Part shown: positions 42,439-55,322 of the stretch, piece by piece
How positions within the stretch are numbered: position 1 is the stretch's first letter
Layout of the letters: every line of letters starts with the position of its first letter
Assembly: GCA_902525595.1 (NCBI GenBank)
Contig: CABZHO010000003.1
Span: 4,099 to 68,098 of the forward strand
Source: an uncultured Pelagibacteraceae bacterium
GTDB lineage: Bacteria > Pseudomonadota > Alphaproteobacteria > Pelagibacterales > AG-422-B15
Direction: 5' to 3'
Length of the DNA stretch: 64,000 nucleotides
Notes under the pieces: generated by a model
Told to the model about the DNA's origin: nothing
The model's database searches: none
The model's input: the letters and a program-made list of their open reading frames with translations, nothing else
Position numbers and translations under genes: made by a program

Positions 42439-43272
42439 TTATATTAATTCAGCTTGAGAAAACCACCAGCTAGGCTGCTCATTATTCAAAATAGAAATTG
42501 CTTCTTCTAAGTTTATTTTACTCTGATAGCATCCAAAAAAAGCTGAGCCACTTCCAGTCATTCTTGAAAATTGACAGTTTTTATCATTTTGAAAAAAGTT
42601 TTTTACAGACTGAATTTCTCTCTGATCAGATAAAGCTGAATCTTCCAAGTCATTAGCTGTATCTAATAGAATGTTCTTGAGTGTCATCTGTTCGTTATAA
42701 ATAAACTTTTGTGCCCTATATTTTTTATTCTTTGAGAATATTTTTTTAGTACTTAGAAGTATATTTGGATAAACTATTAAAAAATACATGTCTGACATAA
42801 TCTTAATCCTTGTTTCAACATTACCTCTTCCATGAATTTTTGCTGGTTTATCCTCTAAAAAGAATTCTATATCAGAACCTAGTGCTCTTGCGACATGAAT
42901 GCATTGACTATCACAAAGTATATTTATTTTTTTTAAGTAATTAAGAATTGCAGCAGTATTTGAGGAACCTCCTCCTAGTCCTGAACCAACAGGTATATTT
43001 TTTGTGATAGTGATATTATAATTTTTATTTTTAATAAATTCATTCTCAATTAAATAATTGAACAGTAACGTAACGTTATCATTTACATTTATCATAGGAC
43101 TAAATTTGCCCTCATATCTAATATTAAAATTATTACTGTCCTGAATTTTAATTTCATCATATAAATTTATTCTAGATAAAATTGTATCAAGATTGTGATA
43201 TCCGTTTTCAAGGCGATCAATGATATGCAAAAAAAGATTAATCTTTGCATAAGATTTTATTGGTACTGTCAA
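42439..43272 (-). CDS. ispE: 4-diphosphocytidyl-2-C-methyl-D-erythritol kinase
   Basis: AKINLFLH, GYH.L, KNIP.GSGLGGGSS, LGSDI, NDLE, MTGSGS. Confidence 0.95.
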   Translation of the reverse strand: MTVPIKSYAKINLFLHIIDRLENGYHNLDTILSRINLYDEIKIQDSNNFNIRYEGKFSPMINVNDNVTLLFNYLIENEFIKNKNYNITITKNIPVGSGLGGGSSNTAAILNYLKKINILCDSQCIHVARALGSDIEFFLEDKPAKIHGRGNVETRIKIMSDMYFLIVYPNILLSTKKIFSKNKKYRAQKFIYNEQMTLKNILLDTANDLEDSALSDQREIQSVKNFFQNDKNCQFSRMTGSGSAFFGCYQSKINLEEAISILNNEQPSWWFSQAELI

Positions 43273-43277
43273 TTCTT

Positions 43278-44936
43278 CTAAATTCCTATTAGAAGTTTTG
43301 ATCTTATATTATCTGAGTAGATATTTTCCTTATCAAAATTTATTGCTTTATTCCAATAATATCTTGCCTCTATTTCTTTTCCTAACTTCCAAAGTATATC
43401 ACCGTAATGATCGTTAACAGTGCTATCGTAGGGCATAATTTCCATTGAAAATTCTAAAATCGATAAAGCCTCTTCATATTCACCAATCTTATAATAATAC
43501 CATGCAAGACTATCTACTATATAAGGATCATTAGGTTTTAACATTAGAGCTTTTTCTATCATATTTTTTGACTCAGCCAGATTTATTCCCTTATCAATAT
43601 AAGAATAAGCGAGATAGTTCAAAACATCAGCTTGTTCAGATGATATATTGAGCGCTTTAGTAAAATTGACCTCAGCCAAATCCCATTTATCTGATCTTTC
43701 GTATACTATGCCTATATTAAAATATATTTCCCACAAATCTTTCTTATTAAATTCTTCTCCGATAATGAGGGCTTTATTATAAGCAGAGAGAGCTTTTTCC
43801 CATTCTTTTTCGTAACGATAATAATTGCCAAGTGAGAGAGAAATTTCGAAGTTACTGTCATTTTGCAAGTAGTTTAGTAAATTTGAAATTGCAGATGCAT
43901 TGTCATCTTGGTAACCATATGAGTCTGAAATTTGAATGGTTGCATAATTTGACAAATAATGAGTTTTGGGAATTTGCTTAAGTATTTGTCTCGCTTTTTT
44001 GTGTTCTTGTAGCTGATTTAAAAATGACGAAAATACATACTTGATCTCATGTAAATTTGGAGATGTCTCAATTGAAAGTTGATAGAGCACATGAGCCAAA
44101 TCAAGATTTGTTAAATCTAGAATACCCTGTGCGTTAAAGAGAACTATTCCCAAACCATGTAAAGGGTTCTGTAAAATTCTATTTCTATTTCCGTTTAAAA
44201 ATTTTTTTTGAAAATCTGTATCATAATTTTTGAGGTAGCTATCTTGAAAGCTATTTATTCGATTTGAAAAATTATTTCGTTTTAAAAAATTGTAATACAT
44301 ATTTAACACATACAAATCTCTTTGCATTTCCATAGCTTGCTCATAATAAATCAAAGCGACATCAGTCTGATCAACATAATCATAAATAAGTGCTTTATGA
44401 ACAAGAGCTAAATACAAATCTTCATTAGACCCAATTGTATCTATCTCTCCCATACTTCTCTCAAGATTATTCTTATTTACCCATACCCAGGCTTTTAACA
44501 AAGCAACGAATGTCTTGCTTGATAATTGGCCATTTAAAATATTAGAAAAACTTTGGTCAGCCAGATCGTATTTATACGAATTTAAATATGATATACCGTT
44601 AACTAAATGACTAATGTCGGATTGTTTTTTTACACAACTCGTCGTAATTGATGGTGAACAGCTAACGTTTGCTAGTCTAAAAGCATATGCATTCGCATTC
44701 AGTAAGTCTCCATCAAGAATACTCACCATTAATAATTTATTTATTATTACTGTATCGCGTGGATTATGTTTATGTAATTTTTGATAGAATTTTATGGTTG
44801 ATTTGTAATCATTTATACTGTCTGAAACCTTCGCTTGTAAATAATCGCTTACTTTAGGGCTTGATAGGTGAGATGCTAATGCTACATTTTGAAAAAGAAA
44901 TATTAATGCCAATAAAGTTATTAATCTAAATCGCAT
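43278..44936 (-). CDS. Exported tetratricopeptide repeat protein
   Basis: Signal peptide; C-terminal TPRs VLNYLAY, YIVDSLAW, NDHYGD.LW..G...EA..YW; conserved between ETF-QO and ispE. Confidence 0.88.
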   Translation of the reverse strand: MRFRLITLLALIFLFQNVALASHLSSPKVSDYLQAKVSDSINDYKSTIKFYQKLHKHNPRDTVIINKLLMVSILDGDLLNANAYAFRLANVSCSPSITTSCVKKQSDISHLVNGISYLNSYKYDLADQSFSNILNGQLSSKTFVALLKAWVWVNKNNLERSMGEIDTIGSNEDLYLALVHKALIYDYVDQTDVALIYYEQAMEMQRDLYVLNMYYNFLKRNNFSNRINSFQDSYLKNYDTDFQKKFLNGNRNRILQNPLHGLGIVLFNAQGILDLTNLDLAHVLYQLSIETSPNLHEIKYVFSSFLNQLQEHKKARQILKQIPKTHYLSNYATIQISDSYGYQDDNASAISNLLNYLQNDSNFEISLSLGNYYRYEKEWEKALSAYNKALIIGEEFNKKDLWEIYFNIGIVYERSDKWDLAEVNFTKALNISSEQADVLNYLAYSYIDKGINLAESKNMIEKALMLKPNDPYIVDSLAWYYYKIGEYEEALSILEFSMEIMPYDSTVNDHYGDILWKLGKEIEARYYWNKAINFDKENIYSDNIRSKLLIGI

Positions 44937-44948
44937 ATAGAGTATGAA

Positions 44949-46595
44949 TTACATATTGGCATATTTAGGTCCTCCACCACCCTCAGGGGTAACCCAGTTA
45001 ATATTCTGTGAAGGCTCTTTTATATCGCAAGTCTTACAATGAATGCAGTTTTGACTGTTAATTACAAACTTGGGATTAGAGTCCTCGCTGTCTTTATGAA
45101 CTTCATACACCCCAACTGGGCAATATCTTTGTGAAGGCTCATCATATTCTCCTAGCGTATAAGTGATCGGAAGACTACTGTCTTTTAGCTGAAGATGAAC
45201 AGGTTGATTTTCAGCATGATATGTCCCAGTCATAAAGACTGAACTTGCCCTATCAAAAGTTAAAATGCCATCTGGTTTAGGATATTCAATTTTTTTTGAA
45301 TCCTTTGCTTTGTTCAGTGTTTCATGATCTGCATGCTTATGTTTTAATGTAAAAGGCAATTTTCCTCTAAAAATATGTTGATCTATACCAGTCAATATGA
45401 TGCCTAACATCATACCAAACCTTGTAATAAATGGTTTTACATTTCTGGCTGATTTTAACTCTGAATAGACCCAACTTTTTTTGAACTTGATTTCATAATT
45501 GGATAAATCTTCTTTTTTGTCTGATAAATGCTCAATAATTGTTTCAGCAGCAATCATTCCACTTTTCATTGCCGTGTGGGTTCCTTTGATTTTTGGCATA
45601 TTTAATGTTCCTGCATCGCATCCTATAAGCAACGCCCCGGGCATATACATTTTTGGAAGACTCTGAAGACCGCCCTCAATCAATGCTCTTGCCCCATAAG
45701 AAATACGTTTACCTCCTTGAAGCATTTTTTTGATCGAGGGATGAGTTTTAAATCTCTGAAATTCTTCAAAAGGAGAAAGATAAGGATTTTTATAGTCAAG
45801 TCCTACTACATAACCCAAATAAATTTGCCTGTTCTCCGCATGATAAACAAAACTGCCAGCGTATGTATTGTTATCAACTGGCCATCCAGCTGAATGAAAT
45901 ACTAATCCTTCATCGTGGTTGTCTTCAGGAACTTCCCAAATTTCTTTTAAACCTATTCCATATTGTTGTGGATCCGAATCCTTAGCTAATTCAAATTTAT
46001 TGATTAGTTGTTTTCCAAGATGTCCTCTGCAACCCTCAGCAAAAACTGTTACTTTTGCATGTAATTCAATACCTGGTTCATAGGATTCTTTTTTATTACC
46101 ATTAATATCTAACCCCATATCATTCGTAGCAACTCCTCTGACTTTACCCTCTTCATCATACAAAACTTCTGAAGCTGCAAAGCCTGGGTATATTTCAATA
46201 CCTAAACCTTCAGCAATTTGTCCTAGCCATCTGCACATATTTGCAAGGCTTGCGATATAATTACCCTTATTGTGCTGAACAGGAGGTAATAAAAAAGAAG
46301 GAATAGTAATGTGCGATTTTTCGAATAAAAATAAAAATTTTTCTTTAGTTACTTTTGTTTTTAACGGGCATCCATCGATTTCTCGCCAATCAGGGAGTAA
46401 TTCGTCAAGCGCCTTGGTTTCAAAGACATTACCACTCAAAATATGCCCACCTACTTCCGAAGCTTTTTCAACAATACAAACATTAATTTCCGAGTTTAAC
46501 TGCTTTAATTTAATTGCAGTTGACAGGCCTGAAGGGCCTGCGCCTACAACGACAACATCGTACTCCATTGATTCTCTTTGAGAATTAGTATCCAT
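44949..46595 (-). CDS. Electron transfer flavoprotein-ubiquinone oxidoreductase
   Basis: VGAGPSG, GGHILSG, AEGCRG, KGTHTAMKSG, C-terminal YCP..VYE...NCIHCKTCDIK (4Fe-4S). Confidence 0.97.
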   Translation of the reverse strand: MDTNSQRESMEYDVVVVGAGPSGLSTAIKLKQLNSEINVCIVEKASEVGGHILSGNVFETKALDELLPDWREIDGCPLKTKVTKEKFLFLFEKSHITIPSFLLPPVQHNKGNYIASLANMCRWLGQIAEGLGIEIYPGFAASEVLYDEEGKVRGVATNDMGLDINGNKKESYEPGIELHAKVTVFAEGCRGHLGKQLINKFELAKDSDPQQYGIGLKEIWEVPEDNHDEGLVFHSAGWPVDNNTYAGSFVYHAENRQIYLGYVVGLDYKNPYLSPFEEFQRFKTHPSIKKMLQGGKRISYGARALIEGGLQSLPKMYMPGALLIGCDAGTLNMPKIKGTHTAMKSGMIAAETIIEHLSDKKEDLSNYEIKFKKSWVYSELKSARNVKPFITRFGMMLGIILTGIDQHIFRGKLPFTLKHKHADHETLNKAKDSKKIEYPKPDGILTFDRASSVFMTGTYHAENQPVHLQLKDSSLPITYTLGEYDEPSQRYCPVGVYEVHKDSEDSNPKFVINSQNCIHCKTCDIKEPSQNINWVTPEGGGGPKYANM

Positions 46596-46641
46596 AATTA
46601 CTTATATATTTAGTTTATAAGGATTATAATTCAATTTGTTT

Positions 46642-47391
46642 ATGAATAACGACAAATTAAGAAATACTGTTAAAAAGTTGAGACACCATAAATATAGTGG
46701 TGTTGACGAAATTGTTGGAATTGAGCCAAAAAATAGGTATGGAAAAATTTCAAAAAAATTAGTTAAGGAAAATACCGCTCTCTATGTTGATACTAATTCG
46801 CAAAAAGAAGATGAGGAAATTATTAGCTCAATAAAAACATTGGAATCACTTCGCGCTTTTATGTCCGAATATAAAAAGTGCGAACTTCATAAGAGTGCGA
46901 CTAATATGGTATTTTCAGACGGTAATCCTAAATCAAAAATTATGCTTATTGGGGAAGCTCCTGGTCATGACGAGGATATACAGGGAAAACCTTTTGTGGG
47001 AAGAAGTGGAAAACTTCTAGACAAGATGCTAAATGCGATTGAATTAAGTAGGGACAAAGTCTACATCGCTAATATCATCCCTTGGAGACCACCAAATAAT
47101 AGACGACCTACAGACGATGAAATTAATATGTGCCTCCCAATGATAAAGAAGCATATCGAAATTATTAATCCGAGCGCAATCCTTTTATTAGGAAGTACAG
47201 CAACGTACGCACTTATCAAAAATTCAGAAGGTATTACAAAAATCAGGGGCAAGTGGTTTGATATAGAAATAAATAGAAAAAAATATCCAATGCTGCCAAC
47301 TTTTCATCCTGCATTTTTATTGAGACAACCAGCCCAAAAGAAATTTTCTTGGGAAGATTTAAAAAATTTGAAGAGTAGAGTTAAAAACTAA
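46642..47391 (+). CDS. Uracil-DNA glycosylase, family 4
   Basis: GEAPG..ED..G.PFVG.SG.LL, RPP.NR.P, HPA.LLR. ATG at 46642 is preferred over TTG at 46636. Confidence 0.93.
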   Translation: MNNDKLRNTVKKLRHHKYSGVDEIVGIEPKNRYGKISKKLVKENTALYVDTNSQKEDEEIISSIKTLESLRAFMSEYKKCELHKSATNMVFSDGNPKSKIMLIGEAPGHDEDIQGKPFVGRSGKLLDKMLNAIELSRDKVYIANIIPWRPPNNRRPTDDEINMCLPMIKKHIEIINPSAILLLGSTATYALIKNSEGITKIRGKWFDIEINRKKYPMLPTFHPAFLLRQPAQKKFSWEDLKNLKSRVKN

Positions 47392-47392
47392 C

Positions 47393-47998
47393 TTGGGAAA
47401 TAACGAAAATAGTCTTATCGGGTTTGAAACTAGATATTGCGAGCCTTTGGCTGGAGTTGACGAGGTAGGCAGAGGCCCTCTCGCTGGTCCTGTGATTGCT
47501 GCAGCTGTTATATTAGATAAGCAAAATATTCCGAACGGAATAAAAGACTCAAAAAAAATAACAAAAACTAAGATGTCATTTATTGCTGAACAAATAAAGA
47601 AGAACAGTATTTTTGCCTTTGGCTCAAGTAGTGTGAAAGAAATAGACAAAATCAATATCTTACAGGCCTCATTATTAGCCATGAAACGCGCAATTGAGTC
47701 TTTAAAAAAAATCCCAAAAATAGTTTTAGTAGATGGTATTTATGCTCCAAATATCGGGCTTGATATACTGCCTATAAAAGGAGGAGATCATAAATCTATT
47801 TCAATTGCAGCTGCCTCTATTATTGCTAAAGATCATAGAGATAAATTGATGTTAAATTATTCGAAGATTTATCCTGATTATAGATTTGAAAAAAACTCTG
47901 GATATGGAACAAAAGAGCACCTTTTAGCAATTCAAAAGTACGGGATTACCCCTATACATCGAAAATCATTCAGTCCAATACACAAGATATTGAATTAA
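47393..47998 (+). CDS. rnhB: Ribonuclease HII
   Basis: GVDEVGRGPLAGPV, DSKK, DG, KGGD..S.SIAAASI.AK, GYGT..H, HRKSF. Confidence 0.97.
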   Translation: MGNNENSLIGFETRYCEPLAGVDEVGRGPLAGPVIAAAVILDKQNIPNGIKDSKKITKTKMSFIAEQIKKNSIFAFGSSSVKEIDKINILQASLLAMKRAIESLKKIPKIVLVDGIYAPNIGLDILPIKGGDHKSISIAAASIIAKDHRDKLMLNYSKIYPDYRFEKNSGYGTKEHLLAIQKYGITPIHRKSFSPIHKILN

Positions 47999-48004
47999 GA
48001 ATAT

Positions 48005-50233
<2,229 letters not shown>

Positions 50234-50235
<2 letters not shown>

Positions 50236-50710
50236 GTCATATAAAAAACTAAATGGTCCTCAGATTTTATCAAACTTTTTGCCTAACAAGGTAAAGAAAA
50301 TTTTAGAGACAAGAGGTTTTTTTGAAATTGAACTGCTCTCAAATTGGAAAAGAATTGTTGGCAACAAGTTTGATCATGTGACGGTCCCTGTTCGTCTAAA
50401 AGCGAGTAAATCATCTTCTAACAAGACTGGAACTCTTGTCGTCAAAGTTGATAGGAGTATAGCTTTTGCATTCGATCACGAAAAAGCAAAAATTATAAAT
50501 GAGATAAATTCTTTTTTTGGCTATAAGGCAATTAACAAAATTGAGCTAATACAGGCAAAATTATTACAAGATAAAGAAAAAAAACATATTAAATTCAATA
50601 CATTAAATAAATTAGTTAAAGACAATCATAAGATTTATGATGAATTAGAACACTATCCAGAACTGAAAAAAAACTTCGAGAAATTAGCTTCTAAGATAAT
50701 TAAATCCTAA
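50234..50710 (+). CDS. DUF721/DciA family protein
   Basis: RGF....LL..W..IVG......P..L...GTL.V......H....I...IN.FFGY.AI..I.L.Q. ATG at 50234 is preferred; mutY-DUF721-dsbA-smc synteny. Confidence 0.85.
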
Positions 50711-50782
50711 TTTTAACAAAATTAAGAATTAACTTATTCCCTATTAAGACTGTTAAATTCAAAAAAATTTATTATAATCAAC

Positions 50783-51439
50783 ATGTTGTATTTAAATTTT
50801 ATTAAACAGCAAAATGTAGTTTTTTCAATGATAAGCAGATTCATTTATTTTATATTATTTTGGGCCATTTTTTTAACCAGTGGGGCTATCTCAGCGAGTA
50901 ACAATCTTGATAGCATGTTCATAGGGGAAGAAAATGCTCCAGTTACAATTGTTGAATATAGATCACTGACGTGTAGTCATTGTGCAGACTTTGCTAATGA
51001 TGTGTTTCCTGCATTAAAAGAAAAATACATAGACTCAGGTCAAGTTCGATTTGAATTACGACCTTTTGCACTTAATGCTGTTGATCTTAACGCTTTTAAA
51101 CTGTTGCGCTGTGTTGATGCAAAAGATTTTTTTGCATTAGATAAAGTATTATTTCAAAATCAGAAAAAATGGATTGTAACTAATCAAAGTGATCGTGTAC
51201 TTGAGAATAGTACAAAAGCGATATCACAGTATGGATCATTATTTGGATTATCTATAGATGAAATTGATGCATGTATTAATGATGACGACATAACAGATTA
51301 TATTTTAACAATGAGAATAGATGCTGTAGAAAATTTTAATATTACTTCAACGCCTTCATTTTTGATTAATGGTGAATTATACGAAGGCAATATGCCGTTT
51401 AAAAAATTTGAGAAAATAATTGATAAATTAGTCAAATAA
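50783..51439 (+). CDS. DsbA family thiol:disulfide protein
   Basis: G..NAPVTIVEY.SLTCSHCA.F, YID.G.V, STPSF.ING. The start may be ATG 50828. Confidence 0.92.
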   Translation: MLYLNFIKQQNVVFSMISRFIYFILFWAIFLTSGAISASNNLDSMFIGEENAPVTIVEYRSLTCSHCADFANDVFPALKEKYIDSGQVRFELRPFALNAVDLNAFKLLRCVDAKDFFALDKVLFQNQKKWIVTNQSDRVLENSTKAISQYGSLFGLSIDEIDACINDDDITDYILTMRIDAVENFNITSTPSFLINGELYEGNMPFKKFEKIIDKLVK

Positions 51440-54033
51440 TGAAATTTAAAAAAATTAAAATACTAGGCTTTAAGTCTTTTGTAGATCCAACAGAGCTTGT
51501 AATTGAAAGTGGCTTAACCGGTATCGTAGGTCCTAATGGATGTGGAAAATCAAATGTTGTTGAATCACTTCGGTGGTGTATGGGTGAGACTTCTGCGAAA
51601 AGTATGCGAGGTTCTGGAATGGAAGATGTCATTTTTTCAGGAACGGCCGATAGACCCGCGAGAAATAATGCTGAGGTAACAATATTTTTAGACAATGAAG
51701 AGCGTAAAGCTCCATCAGAATTTAACGACCAAACAGAAATACAAATTAAAAGAAAAATTGAAGTTGAAAAAGGCTCAGATTATAAAATTAACGGAAGAGA
51801 TGTTCGTGCTAGAGATGTTCAAAGATTGTTCGCTGACCTCTCCACTGGCGCACACTCACCTTCTCTTATTAGTCAGGGCCGTGTTGGAGCACTTATTAAT
51901 GCGAAGCCAATTGATAGGAGGTCTGTTCTTGAGGAAGCTGCAGGTATCTCTGGTCTTCACTCCCGGAGACACGAAGCTGAGCTAAAGTTAAAAGGTGCAG
52001 AAACAAATCTTCAAAGGGTAAAAGATTTGATGAAGCAGCTGACTAATCAAATCAATAGCTTAAAAAAACAGGCTGAACAAGCTGAGACATATCGTTCAAT
52101 CTCTTCAGAAATAAATAAATTAGAGGGAATTGTTTTATTTTTGAAGTGGTCAACATTAAAAGATTCTTTCGAGAAATCCGACGAGAACCTTAAAGATAGT
52201 GAGACGCAAATACAGAAATACACGTTACAAGTAACTCAAGCAACTAGCGAGCAACTTAGAGCAAATGAAAAAATAAAACCTCTTCGTGAAAAAGAAATTG
52301 AAGCAGCGGCAAAACTAAATCGTATCAATATTGAAAGAGATACGCTAGATCAAGAAGAGGAGAGAATAAAGGATGAAAAAAGAAATTTAGAAAATTCAAT
52401 TCAACAAATTATTAGCGATAGCGAAAGAGAGCAGTTTCAATTAGAGGATGCAACCAAAGACCTGGCTACTTTGAATGCTCGAAGAGATTTAGATAACGAG
52501 GATAGAAAAACCGCTGAAATAAGCAATGAATTAATTGACCAATTAAAATCAGAGAAAGATAGTCTTGAAGAAAAAATCTCTAATTTAGATCAGGAAATAG
52601 AACAATATAATCAAATAAAAAATTCTAGAAGAGACGAATGGCAAAATACGCTAATTAATTCAGAAAATCTTAAATCAAGATCATCAACTCTTAGAGATGT
52701 AGAGGGTTATGATAACCCTGCTAACTGGACAGAGATTTTTAGTAAAAGATTTTACGACGATTATAACAAAATTAATCAAAAAGTGATTGAAGCTAACAAA
52801 GCATCAGAGAATGCTAAAATTAATTATGATAAAGCCAACAATGATGCCAAGAATGCTGCTACTCTCTCATTGCAACTTAGAGAGGAGTTAAGACAAAAAG
52901 ATGTGGAACAAAAACAAAGTGATTGGATGTATGAATTCCAGAGATTGAACAAGACAATTAATTCAAGTCAGGATCAAATAAATAAACTATCCGAAAGAAA
53001 AATAAAATCTGAAGCTGAACTTGAGAAAATTTCTAGCCGACCGGAAGAAATTGCTCAAAGAAGAGGACAACTTATTGAGACAAAAGGTTTTGCAGAAACT
53101 GAAAGGCAATTTGCTTCTGATAGACTGGCTGAAGCAGACAATGAACTAAAAAAAATTGAAGAAAACTTGAGAAAAGCTCAAAATGATTTGGCAAATATAA
53201 GAGAGTCAAAAGGTAGAACAGAGGCAACAAAAGAACTTGCAGAGTCAAGATTAAAAGAGTTAGAAATTGAGTCTCAAGATAAATTTAATTCACTACCTAG
53301 TAACCTAATCAATACACTCTCAATCAACGAGGATCTTGATACTATGAGAAAAAATCAAGAGCGAACTGAAATAAGATTAGATCGATTAAAACAACAAAGA
53401 GAAACTATGGGTGCTGTCAATCTTAGGGCAGATCTTGAAACAAAAGAAATTGACGATGAACTAGAAAAAATGACTACTGAAAAAGATGATTTAGAAAATG
53501 CCATAAAAAAAATGAGAGTATCAATTGAGGATTTAAATAAGGAAGGACGTACGCGATTGCTAAAAGCGTTTGATTCAGTTAATTCACACTTTAAAGATGT
53601 ATTTGTAAAACTTTTCAATGGAGGCAAAGCTCATTTGGAACTGGTTGACGCTGATGACCCTCTTGAAGCTGGATTAGAAATGATGGTCAGTCCTCCAGGT
53701 AAAAAATTACAATCGATGTCCCTGCTGTCAGGAGGTGAACAGGCTCTTACGGCACTCTCATTAATCTTTGCAGTATTTTTAACAAATCCATCACCAATAT
53801 GTGTTTTAGATGAGGTTGATGCGCCGCTAGACGATGCAAACGTTGATAGATTTTGTGGACTTCTTGATAGCATAACTGAAAAAACAAACACTAAATTTCT
53901 AATAATTACTCACCATGCTCTTACTATGTCACGAATGGATCGTTTGTTTGGAGTGACAATGGCAGAAAGAGGTGTTAGTCAAATCGTCTCTGTTGACCTG
54001 AAGAAAGCTGAGGAAATTGGGGCTGTTGCATGA
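51439..54033 (+). CDS. smc: Chromosome segregation protein SMC (short form, 864 aa)
   Basis: GFKSF, GPNGCGKSN, Q-loop SQG, EEAAG, G.VN, LSGGE, LDEVDAPLD, ITH. Confidence 0.95.
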   Translation: MKFKKIKILGFKSFVDPTELVIESGLTGIVGPNGCGKSNVVESLRWCMGETSAKSMRGSGMEDVIFSGTADRPARNNAEVTIFLDNEERKAPSEFNDQTEIQIKRKIEVEKGSDYKINGRDVRARDVQRLFADLSTGAHSPSLISQGRVGALINAKPIDRRSVLEEAAGISGLHSRRHEAELKLKGAETNLQRVKDLMKQLTNQINSLKKQAEQAETYRSISSEINKLEGIVLFLKWSTLKDSFEKSDENLKDSETQIQKYTLQVTQATSEQLRANEKIKPLREKEIEAAAKLNRINIERDTLDQEEERIKDEKRNLENSIQQIISDSEREQFQLEDATKDLATLNARRDLDNEDRKTAEISNELIDQLKSEKDSLEEKISNLDQEIEQYNQIKNSRRDEWQNTLINSENLKSRSSTLRDVEGYDNPANWTEIFSKRFYDDYNKINQKVIEANKASENAKINYDKANNDAKNAATLSLQLREELRQKDVEQKQSDWMYEFQRLNKTINSSQDQINKLSERKIKSEAELEKISSRPEEIAQRRGQLIETKGFAETERQFASDRLAEADNELKKIEENLRKAQNDLANIRESKGRTEATKELAESRLKELEIESQDKFNSLPSNLINTLSINEDLDTMRKNQERTEIRLDRLKQQRETMGAVNLRADLETKEIDDELEKMTTEKDDLENAIKKMRVSIEDLNKEGRTRLLKAFDSVNSHFKDVFVKLFNGGKAHLELVDADDPLEAGLEMMVSPPGKKLQSMSLLSGGEQALTALSLIFAVFLTNPSPICVLDEVDAPLDDANVDRFCGLLDSITEKTNTKFLIITHHALTMSRMDRLFGVTMAERGVSQIVSVDLKKAEEIGAVA

Positions 54034-54314
54034 TAAAAGCCCCAGATGAGAATTTAAACTCACTAAAGAAGAAAATTCAGGAAGCGAAAGAAAAAATAGA
54101 AGAGCCTGTGGTTGAAGCCCCTAAACCTCTTGGGAAGATTATGAAAGTTGTGGTTGAAATTGTCGCAGCCATGGCTGTTGGCTTGGGGATTGGTATCTTG
54201 ATTGACAATTATTTTGATACCCGACCATTTTTCATAATTGTATTTTTCTTATTGGGAAGTGCAGCAGGTATTATGAACGTTTTTAGGGTTGCAAAAAGTC
54301 TCCAAAATCACTAA
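54030..54314 (+). CDS. atpI: AtpZ/AtpI family protein
   Basis: E.VA...G.GIG..ID.YF.T.PF....F.LG.AAG..NV.R; first gene of the F0 operon. Confidence 0.9.
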   Translation: MIKAPDENLNSLKKKIQEAKEKIEEPVVEAPKPLGKIMKVVVEIVAAMAVGLGIGILIDNYFDTRPFFIIVFFLLGSAAGIMNVFRVAKSLQNH

Positions 54315-54325
54315 AAAATAATATC

Positions 54326-55066
54326 ATGGCAGCTGGTAATCCAATAGATCCTATTCATCAATTTGAAATATCGAAAATTGCCGATATTCAAATAGGTGGT
54401 CTAGATTTATCTTTCACAAATTCATCATTATTTATGGTATTTGCTCTTTCAACAACAGTTATGCTTTTTCTAGTTGGATTATCAAGAAGATCAATTATCC
54501 CAAATAGAATGCAAATGCTCTCAGAGTTATCTTATAATTTTATAGCTAACATGCTTCGAGACCAGGTTGGCGACCAAGGGCGTGCTTACTTTCCATTTAT
54601 TTTTTCGCTTTTCATGTTCATTTTTTTTTGTAACTTTATTGGTCTTATTCCATACACCTTTACAGTCACAAGTCATCTTATAGTGACATTTGCGTTTGCA
54701 GGATTAATCTTTATTGCGGTTACAATAATTGGCTTTGTAAAGAATGGTCTTGGATACTTAAGAATATTTTACCCCTCAGGAATTCCAATTTTCTTAGCAC
54801 CATTAATTGTTCCTATTGAGATAATTTCTTATCTCTCAAAGCCAATCAGTCTTTCTGTAAGACTATGCGCTAATATGCTTGCTGGTCACAGTATTTTAAA
54901 AATATTTGCAGGATTTACTGTCATGTTAGGATTTCTTGGTTTTGCACCACTAATTTTTCTCGTAGTTTTGTACGCCCTAGAAACTTTAATTGCGGCCTTA
55001 CAAGCTTATATATTTACAATTTTAACATGTATTTATTTAAATGATGCCCTTCATCCGGATCATTAA
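54326..55066 (+). CDS. atpB: ATP synthase F0 subunit a
   Basis: P.HQF, FTNS, IE.ISY...PISLS.RL.ANM.AGH, LQAYIF.IL...YL.DA. Confidence 0.98.
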   Translation: MAAGNPIDPIHQFEISKIADIQIGGLDLSFTNSSLFMVFALSTTVMLFLVGLSRRSIIPNRMQMLSELSYNFIANMLRDQVGDQGRAYFPFIFSLFMFIFFCNFIGLIPYTFTVTSHLIVTFAFAGLIFIAVTIIGFVKNGLGYLRIFYPSGIPIFLAPLIVPIEIISYLSKPISLSVRLCANMLAGHSILKIFAGFTVMLGFLGFAPLIFLVVLYALETLIAALQAYIFTILTCIYLNDALHPDH

Positions 55067-55318
<252 letters not shown>

Positions 55319-55322
55319 ATAA

